A stretch of DNA of 64,000 nt from Syntrophomonadaceae bacterium. GTDB lineage: Bacteria; Bacillota; PH28-bin88. The notes beneath the pieces were generated by a model, which made no database searches, had not been told where the DNA came from, and was given only the letters and a program-made list of their open reading frames with translations. A program made the translations under genes and the position numbers. The stretch covers positions 25,458 through 89,457 of the forward strand of contig JAGXSE010000061.1 in assembly GCA_018333865.1 (NCBI GenBank), written 5' to 3'. This document shows, piece after piece, positions 18,861-25,417 of the stretch. Every line of letters begins with the position of its first letter. Position 1 is the stretch's first letter.

Positions 18861-19916
18861 TTAAAGGGCAACGGATACGCCGGCATCGGCAAAGGTAGCC
18901 ATCTCATTGATAATCTTCAGGGCAGCATCCACCAGGCCCATCGCCAAAGCAGCCCCGGTTCCTTCTCCTAAACGCATCTGCATATGGAGCATCGGCTTGA
19001 TGCCGATCATCTCCATCATTACCCGGTGCCCCGGTTCTTCTGAAAGGTGGGAGCCAATCAGGTAGTCCTTAACAGCAGGAGCAAGCCTGGTGGCAACTAA
19101 AGCAGCTGCTCCGCTGATAAAACCGTCAATCATTACCGGCACCCGGCAGGCCGCTCCTCCAATCATTAATCCTGCCAGCCCGGCAATTTCCAGCCCTCCC
19201 ACTTTGGACAGGACATCCAAAGGATCCGTCGGATCGGGCCGGTTAATTTCCAACGCCCTGGTGATGGCCTGAATCTTAAGCTGCAAGCGACGGTCATCAA
19301 TTCCGGTTCCCCTGCCGGCCACTTCCTCCACCTTGAGCCCGCTGAAGGCAGCGACGACCGCCGTACTGGGGGTGGTGTTGCCAATGCCCATATCTCCTGT
19401 GCCTAAAAGCCTCGCCCCTTTTGCCACCAATTCTTCGGCAATTTCGATGCCAGTTTCCAATGCCCGCATTGCTTCGTTTCTGGTCATTGCCGGGCCTTTT
19501 GCCATATTGGCGGTACCATAAGCCACTTTTTTGCGCAAAAGTCCCGGGATATCCGGCAGGTCTGCTGCTACCCCGATGTCCACCAAGACCAGTTCAGCGC
19601 CCACATGCCGGGAAAGGACATTCATTGCCGCACCTCCCCGGGCAAAATTGAGCACCATTTGCGGTGTCACTTCCGCCGGGAAGGCGCTCACGCCTTCAGC
19701 TACCACACCGTGGTCTCCTGCCATCAGGACACTCACCTTTTGCGGCAGATTGGGGCAGACCTCCCTGGTAATCCCCGCCACCTGTTTAACCAAGTCTTCC
19801 AGCACTCCCAGGCTGCCCGGGGGTTTGGTCAGGTTGTCCAGCCTGGCCTGGGTTTGGGCCATTATTTCCCGGTCCAGGGGTCCAATCCTGACAATGGTTT
19901 CCTGCAATCTGTTCAA
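18861..19916 (-). CDS. cobT: Nicotinate-nucleotide--dimethylbenzimidazole phosphoribosyltransferase
   Basis: 351 aa with KPPGSLGVLE, GDMGIGNTT and LGEGTGAALA motifs. TTG start 8 nt after GGGGAGG. Confidence 0.9.
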   Translation of the reverse strand: MNRLQETIVRIGPLDREIMAQTQARLDNLTKPPGSLGVLEDLVKQVAGITREVCPNLPQKVSVLMAGDHGVVAEGVSAFPAEVTPQMVLNFARGGAAMNVLSRHVGAELVLVDIGVAADLPDIPGLLRKKVAYGTANMAKGPAMTRNEAMRALETGIEIAEELVAKGARLLGTGDMGIGNTTPSTAVVAAFSGLKVEEVAGRGTGIDDRRLQLKIQAITRALEINRPDPTDPLDVLSKVGGLEIAGLAGLMIGGAACRVPVMIDGFISGAAALVATRLAPAVKDYLIGSHLSEEPGHRVMMEMIGIKPMLHMQMRLGEGTGAALAMGLVDAALKIINEMATFADAGVSVAL

Positions 19917-19970
19917 TCTTTTTTCCTCCCCTATTAGTTTTTGCGGCCAAGCAGGCCCATGGTGGATAGA

Positions 19971-20220
19971 AATAAAAAATCCCCAGCCTAAAACAGACTG
20001 AGGATTTTGCCATCACCCTCCAGCAACCCCTTTCTTCGAAGGGGCCTGGCTACCAGTAGGCAGGTTTCCTGGCTCCGGTTCTTTGTTCCCCGCTCCTTCC
20101 CGCCTCCCTTAAAAGAGGCAGTGGCTCAACTCAGATATGCAGGGTCCTCCCCGGTAACAGTGGCGGGACCGCTCGGGAGTTGCACCCGATTCCCTTTTAC
20201 CCCGTTTGGGCACCTACTTG
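19971..20220 (-). ncRNA. Cobalamin riboswitch with terminator-type expression platform
   Basis: The minus strand reads AGTAGGTGCC...AAAAGGGAATCGGGTGCAACTCCCGAGCGGTCCCGCCACTGT (B12 box GCCACTG) ...AGCCAGGAAACCTGCCTACT (closes P1). A TCCTCAG-(11 nt)-CTGGGGA hairpin plus T6ATTT follows at 19971..20004. Confidence 0.85.
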
Positions 20221-20230
20221 CCGTAATTCA

Positions 20231-20259
20231 AGTTTACCTTCCGCAAGAAATCATGTCAA
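20231..20259 (-). promoter_or_regulatory. Promoter TTGACA-17-TAAACT driving the riboswitch and cobT
   Basis: A perfect -35 (20254..20259) sits directly after the GGDEF stop codon. The -10 is at 20231..20236. The riboswitch P1 begins about 12 nt downstream. Confidence 0.6.
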
Positions 20260-21570
20260 GGGGGTTTCCCTGCAGGTGGTGTTTTTGCCCTCAAGTTTGG
20301 CCCTGTACATGGCGCTGTCCGCAATAGTCACCAGTTCACTCCAGTTTGCGGCATCATTAGGGAACGTAGCTATTCCGATGCTTACCGTCGTCTGGATAAC
20401 TATGCCGGCAGAGCACGGGAAAGAAAAAGCCTCAATGGCCTGGCGCAGGCGCTCAGCAACCTCCATGGCACCCTGGCTGCCTGTCTGGGGCAGCAGAACG
20501 GAAAACTCCTCCCCACCGTATCTAAAAGGAATATCTGTTTCCCTGACCGTATTCCTGATTATCGCGGCAACCTCTTTTAAGACCCGGTCACCAGCGGGGT
20601 GGCCGCAGGTATCATTTATTTTCTTGAAATCATCCATATCCAGCATTAATAGAGTCAATTCACTGCCAAAGCGACGAGCCCTGGTGATCTCTTCCCGAAT
20701 TTTTTGCTTAAAAAAGCGGTGGTTGTACAGCCCTGTTAAATCATCAGTAATAGCCAAATATTGGGTATTGGCCAGCACCTTAGCCTTTTCGATGGCTACC
20801 GCAGCCTGTTCAGCTAAAGCTAATAGAGCTTTTTGATCCTCCAGCGAAAATGCCGCCAGCTTTTCGCTCTCGATATTCAGCATTCCTTCAACTTCTTCAG
20901 CAATTATTAACGGGATTGTAATCTGGGACTTTGCACCCTTCACTGCGGGAATATACCGGGGCTCTTTTGAAACGTCGCTTACAATTGCTGGCTTACGGTG
21001 TTCTGCCACCCAGCCAAGAATCCCTTCCCCGGATTTGATGACGTAGCCGGACGGCAGGTCCGCCAGATGCCCGGCTGACGAAAGAAGGTTAAAATTCCCC
21101 TGATGGTCTTTCATAAAGATAGACGCATTGCCGTAATCAAAATCTTCAGCGGCAATCCTGGTTATACTTTGCAGGATATCCTCCAGTTTTGTCTGGCTGT
21201 GCATTGCGACGGTAGCTGCATAGGCCGACTGCAGCCTGCGGAGCATTAATTGCAGCTGGATCTCCCGGTAACGCAAACGGCCGATCAGATAACCGATGGC
21301 CGGTAAGATCACATAAGATGCAAATACCTCCTGCAGGTTTGTTCCATGAAAGCTGAAACTGACAAAGGCATCGACCAGGAACAGAGTAGCCATCGCAAAA
21401 CCTGCCAGTATTCCGCCGGCAACTTGTCCCTTCCAGGCGAGGGCGGCCACGATTACCAGAGATAAGCCTCGCACTAAAGAGTAATAAGGGAAATATAAAA
21501 GCAGAACAGCATATGCAACGAAGAGGAGCCCGAGGGCAACAACCCAGCCCAAGCCTGCAGGTTTGACCAT
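20251..21570 (-). CDS. Membrane-anchored GAF-GGDEF diguanylate cyclase (active-site and I-site motifs intact)
   Basis: N-terminal TM helices, a central GAF-like domain, then RETD-IPFRY-GGEEF. I place the start at MVKPAGLGW (ATG 21570, AGGGGT upstream). The track ORF extends to 21717 with no RBS. Confidence 0.85.
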   Translation of the reverse strand: MVKPAGLGWVVALGLLFVAYAVLLLYFPYYSLVRGLSLVIVAALAWKGQVAGGILAGFAMATLFLVDAFVSFSFHGTNLQEVFASYVILPAIGYLIGRLRYREIQLQLMLRRLQSAYAATVAMHSQTKLEDILQSITRIAAEDFDYGNASIFMKDHQGNFNLLSSAGHLADLPSGYVIKSGEGILGWVAEHRKPAIVSDVSKEPRYIPAVKGAKSQITIPLIIAEEVEGMLNIESEKLAAFSLEDQKALLALAEQAAVAIEKAKVLANTQYLAITDDLTGLYNHRFFKQKIREEITRARRFGSELTLLMLDMDDFKKINDTCGHPAGDRVLKEVAAIIRNTVRETDIPFRYGGEEFSVLLPQTGSQGAMEVAERLRQAIEAFSFPCSAGIVIQTTVSIGIATFPNDAANWSELVTIADSAMYRAKLEGKNTTCRETPLT

Positions 21571-21828
21571 AATGTTAACGACCCCTAAAGTTTCTTTGGC
21601 AAATATAATGAGCCAGGCCACGAACTCACAACAATTTAACGTGGCATGAAAGCGGTTTTCATACCCGGCTTCATTATTATAATGTAAATTATATCCCCTG
21701 CCGAGCATATATTCCACAACAGCTAATATTTACCTGCAACGGGAATAAAAAGATTTTTGCCTCCGATTAAACACCGGTAATTGTTAACAAGAAATCTACT
21801 GGGCCGCAAAATGAACGAACATCAACGA

Positions 21829-22923
21829 TCAAACATTAAACCGGAAATTGATGATATCCCCGTCCTGCACAATGTACTCCTTGCCTTCCAAGCGCATCAG
21901 GCCCCTCTCCTTCACTTTGGCCATCGATCCCATTTTTTCCAGATCTTCAAAACGGACCACTTCTGCACGAATAAAGCCCCGCTCCAGGTCAGAGTGAATT
22001 TTACCCGCCGCAGCCCTGGCGTTAGTACCCCGGCGGACGGTCCAGGCCCGGACTTCGTCCTCTCCCACAGTCAGGAAGGAAATCAACTCCAGCCTTGCGT
22101 ACATAGACTTGGCCAGCTTCTCGATCCCTGGCTCTTCAATTCCCAGTTCGGCCATAAAAATATCCCGGTCCTCCCGGTTCATTTGCCCGATCTCCATTTC
22201 GGCCTTGGCACATATTTCCATTACGGGCAAGTCCCTCGCCGCAGCATAGGCCATCACCTCGTCCCGCTGGGGATAGTTTTTCAAACCAAGCTGCTCCTCA
22301 TCCACATTGATCACCAGGACCGTGGGTTTGCCTGTCAAAAAGGTTACATGGCGCAATGCTGCCCGTTCCTCATCCTTTAATTCGGCCTGAGCGAGATTTT
22401 TTTCCTCTTCCAATAAGCCTTTGCACTTTTCCAAAGCCGCCAGCTCTATTTCCTGCTCTTTGGTCCGTTTTTTTCCGCCGAGGATGCGCTCGATCCTGTT
22501 CTCGATGAGCTGCAGATCCGCAAATAGGAGCTCCATCACCACTGTTTCCAGATCCCGGATCAGGTTAACACAACCGTCAACATGCAAGACCTGGTCATTA
22601 TTAAAGGCCCGCACCACATGGATGAGGGCGTCAGCCTCCCGGACCGCAGACAAAAATTGATTGCCAGCGCCTTGCCCCTGACTGGCCCCTTCAACTAGGC
22701 CCGGCACATCAATCACTTCCAAAACCGCCGGGGTATACTTGCGTGGGTTATAAATGCGGGCCAAATAGTCCAGTCGGCGGTCAGGGACAACGGCAGAGTT
22801 CACATTTGTTGCTGTTTTGCCAGAAAAAAAACTGCTGGTTTCTTTCTCTGTCCGGGCCAGCAGGTTGAAAAAGGTAGTTTTGCCCACCATGGGCAGACCG
22901 ATGATTCCACAGGATAAAGCCAC
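21829..22923 (-). CDS. ychF: Redox-regulated ribosome-binding ATPase YchF
   Basis: 364 aa with a G1 motif (GLPMVGKTTFFN) and a TGS domain at the C-terminus (RAWTV..G..A..AAGKIHSDLERGFIRAEV). Confidence 0.93.
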   Translation of the reverse strand: MALSCGIIGLPMVGKTTFFNLLARTEKETSSFFSGKTATNVNSAVVPDRRLDYLARIYNPRKYTPAVLEVIDVPGLVEGASQGQGAGNQFLSAVREADALIHVVRAFNNDQVLHVDGCVNLIRDLETVVMELLFADLQLIENRIERILGGKKRTKEQEIELAALEKCKGLLEEEKNLAQAELKDEERAALRHVTFLTGKPTVLVINVDEEQLGLKNYPQRDEVMAYAAARDLPVMEICAKAEMEIGQMNREDRDIFMAELGIEEPGIEKLAKSMYARLELISFLTVGEDEVRAWTVRRGTNARAAAGKIHSDLERGFIRAEVVRFEDLEKMGSMAKVKERGLMRLEGKEYIVQDGDIINFRFNV

Positions 22924-23021
22924 AAATTTTCCCTCGCTTCGTATGCATTATAACTTCTCAATAACAACTTTTTGAACTCTTCAACTGGGTCTTATCCTAT
23001 AATTCCCACTATGATCGTGCG

Positions 23022-23756
23022 CTATGGCATAATATCGCTGATTTTTATGCCCAGGCCCGCGAATGCAGCTGATTTAACCGTATCCTCCAGACCGAAGGTA
23101 TTTAAATAATCTATATCTCTTTCCTCAGAAAAGGTATATTGAAAAATAACCTTCCTTTCCAGATCCACGACCCAATATTCCCGGACGCCGCTTTTCATGT
23201 AGAGGTTTAACTTGGCTGCCATATCTTTGCCCCTGGTGGACGGAGAAAGAACTTCCACCACCAGTGCCGGTATGCCTACGTACCTGCCTTCTGCGTTGAC
23301 GTTTTCTTCGTCACAGATTACCACAACATCGGGCTGCACAACATTCGGGTCTTCTTCGAACTTGGTGGCGAAACCAAAGAGCCTGATATCCAAGGGTGCT
23401 GTTAAAGAACGGCAGGACTTATCCCTGAAATAGTTATTAAAATGCCAGGCGATTTCGTTCACTGCCACCTGGTGTTTAAAACTGGGGGAAGCCAGCAGGT
23501 AAATCTCGCCGTCGATCAGCTCATACCGCTGATCCGACGCATCAACCAGGGCCATATATTCATCGTAACTGATGCGCCTATGGGATCTATACTGTTGCGC
23601 TTCCTCGCGCACGATAAAAAAATCAGGTTCGCTGTAGCGGATGAGCTTGGCCACGCTTTTCCCGTTTTTCACGACAATGATATCTTCCTTTTCCACCAGG
23701 GAAAGGTATTTGCCAAAGGCATTCTGCAAATCGGTAGTACTAACACGCACAGCCAT
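23022..23756 (-). CDS. Fusion protein: Phd/YefM-like antitoxin N-domain plus Uma2 (DUF820) PD-(D/E)xK putative endonuclease
   Basis: The N-terminus is Phd-like (MAVRVSTTDLQNAFGKYLSLVEKEDIIVVKNGKSVAKLI). The C-terminus is Uma2-like (YELIDGEIY, PDVVVICDE, ALVVEVLSPST, Y...GVREYWVVD). ATG 23756 lies 8 nt after GGAGAA. Confidence 0.8.
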   Translation of the reverse strand: MAVRVSTTDLQNAFGKYLSLVEKEDIIVVKNGKSVAKLIRYSEPDFFIVREEAQQYRSHRRISYDEYMALVDASDQRYELIDGEIYLLASPSFKHQVAVNEIAWHFNNYFRDKSCRSLTAPLDIRLFGFATKFEEDPNVVQPDVVVICDEENVNAEGRYVGIPALVVEVLSPSTRGKDMAAKLNLYMKSGVREYWVVDLERKVIFQYTFSEERDIDYLNTFGLEDTVKSAAFAGLGIKISDIMP

Positions 23757-23807
23757 CACCACATTTCTCCTGGATAGATATAATTATAGCAGATATTAGC
23801 TATATGT

Positions 23808-23996
23808 TCAAGCCTTATTAGCTATTATTTGCTCAAGACGGATCTCAGTGATCTGATGCACCACGGTATATTGCTCCCGCAAGGGTGAGCACGCAGGGCA
23901 GAATACCTCTTCAGCACCGAAGAATTTAAGAAGAACAGCAAGGAATATTGTTAAACAGTAAAAAAGCAAGACATGGTCTTGCCTTTCACGAATCAA
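23808..23996 (-). CDS. Possible 62-aa single-TM protein with a CPAC motif, upstream of the Phd-Uma2 gene
   Basis: TTG 23996 lies 7 nt after GAAGGAG. The sequence is MIRERQDHVLLFYCLTIFLAVLLKFFGAEEVFCPAC.... I see no recognisable homology, so this may be non-coding. Confidence 0.3.
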   Translation of the reverse strand: MIRERQDHVLLFYCLTIFLAVLLKFFGAEEVFCPACSPLREQYTVVHQITEIRLEQIIANKA

Positions 23997-24107
23997 CTTC
24001 ACGCTCCTTCAACTGGGTCTTGGCTTCAGAGGGGGATTGTTACCCCCACTGAAGCTTAGAGCCAGTTAATATAGCAGCGTAACCGCTCTTATCCCACCGC
24101 CCTAATT

Positions 24108-24240
24108 GGGGACATTCCTGGCCCGTTCAAGAAGCAGGAGGCAGGAGGCAGGATGGATAAGCGGCTTTTAGTCCCTAAGCATCTGGCTCTTGCTCTTGCC
24201 TCTTGCCTCCTGCATCCTGCGTCTTGAATGGTGTGTCCCC
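24108..24240. repeat. Palindromic intergenic element, copy 1 (GGGGACATTCC ... GGTGTGTCCCC)
   Basis: It has inverted termini, a purine-heptamer left arm, a pyrimidine-heptamer right arm and a conserved core (GGATGGATAAGCGGCTTTTAGTCCCTAAGCATCTGGCTCTTG). Outer imperfect inverted repeats extend it to 24076..24282. Confidence 0.85.
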
Positions 24241-24508
24241 TTTCCTTAGAAGCGGGGGTATTAGAGCGGGTAGCTGTCTATGATAAACACGGCAACCTCA
24301 CCTATAAAAACACAGTAGTCTCAATATGAGTTTGGGCGATTTATAATAATCAAAAATAGTATTCCCAAAGAGTTTTTTTAACGTCTCAGATACTTTGCTT
24401 ACTTCATCATCTATCCAAACTGTGTACTTTTTCGCATTGAAGACTTAATTCAGAGCACAAAGATCTTAGCCCATACCATTTTAGACTGGTGCCACGCCGG
24501 TTAGTCGG

Positions 24509-25309
24509 TTAAACCGTTCCCGATTTCTTTTTCAGGCACTGCAAAAGCTCTTTTTCGTCGCTGCCATCTTGTGGGAAAGTTGCCATGGCTAAGGCTGCCT
24601 CTTTATTTTCGAAGATGGCAGTTTTTGTCCGAATCCGTTCAGCCGTAGCCGCCGCTCCCTCCGGACCGGTCAGGGGCAGGATTATTAACAAATTGCGCTC
24701 TTTACTAAGGAATACGGAATCTATCTCCCGCAAAAGGCCCTGGAGCTGTTCGCGCAATTCCACCAGTTCTTTCAAACGGGAAAGCCGCCTTAATTCAGCA
24801 GGCAGATTAATCTCCAACAAAGATAAAGGTGTATTTCCTCGTTTGGCCCGGCTGACCTCGGAGCGCACCCGGGCTTCTAAGTTGGCTCCGCTGTCAGTCA
24901 GATTGTTTTCCGGGGGAGGGACCAATTGCCCCAAGATCCCTTCTACCCGTTCCAGCAGCTCTTCCCTGGCAAATGGCTTGCGAATATAGTCAACTGCTCC
25001 GGCCTGCAAGGCCCTGGTCACATCAGCCCGTTCCGCACGGCCGGTCAACATGATCACGGGCAAATACTGCCATGCTCCAGTAAGTTTGATTTTTTCCAAC
25101 GCGCTGATGCCATCCATCCCAGGGAGAATAATGTCCAGGATGAGGAGGTTTAAACCCTGGTAACGCCAGGGATACTGGAAAAAATCTTCTGCATTGCTTA
25201 ATTCTATCACTTCCACCCCATATTTTTCCAAGGTCCGTTTGACTTCCATGCGGATCAGGGCGGAATCATCAATCACCAAAACTTTTTTACCTTTATCCAT
25301 TCTCGCCAT
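24509..25309 (-). CDS. Response-regulator receiver fused to a degenerate GGDEF domain (A-site lost, RxxD I-site kept)
   Basis: REC domain (VLVIDDS, LLILDIILPGMDG, K in YIRKPF). The C-terminus aligns to GGDEF, but the motif reads REID-SVFLS-KERNL where RxxD-x5-GGDEF is expected. Confidence 0.85.
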   Translation of the reverse strand: MARMDKGKKVLVIDDSALIRMEVKRTLEKYGVEVIELSNAEDFFQYPWRYQGLNLLILDIILPGMDGISALEKIKLTGAWQYLPVIMLTGRAERADVTRALQAGAVDYIRKPFAREELLERVEGILGQLVPPPENNLTDSGANLEARVRSEVSRAKRGNTPLSLLEINLPAELRRLSRLKELVELREQLQGLLREIDSVFLSKERNLLIILPLTGPEGAAATAERIRTKTAIFENKEAALAMATFPQDGSDEKELLQCLKKKSGTV

Positions 25310-25325
25310 TCACCTCCTGCCAAGC

Positions 25326-25409
25326 CCATTTGCCGGCTGGAAGCCGGCGCTACGACTGGCGACCTATTTCTGATTAACCCATTAGCCGGCTGGAAGCCGA
25401 CGCTACGAC
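25326..25409. repeat. Two 32-bp direct repeats, each with a GCCGGC-tggaa-GCCGGC hairpin
   Basis: CCCATTTGCCGGCTGGAAGCCGGCGCTACGAC (25326..25357) and CCCATTAGCCGGCTGGAAGCCGACGCTACGAC (25378..25409). Confidence 0.8.
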
Positions 25410-25417
25410 AGCCGGCG

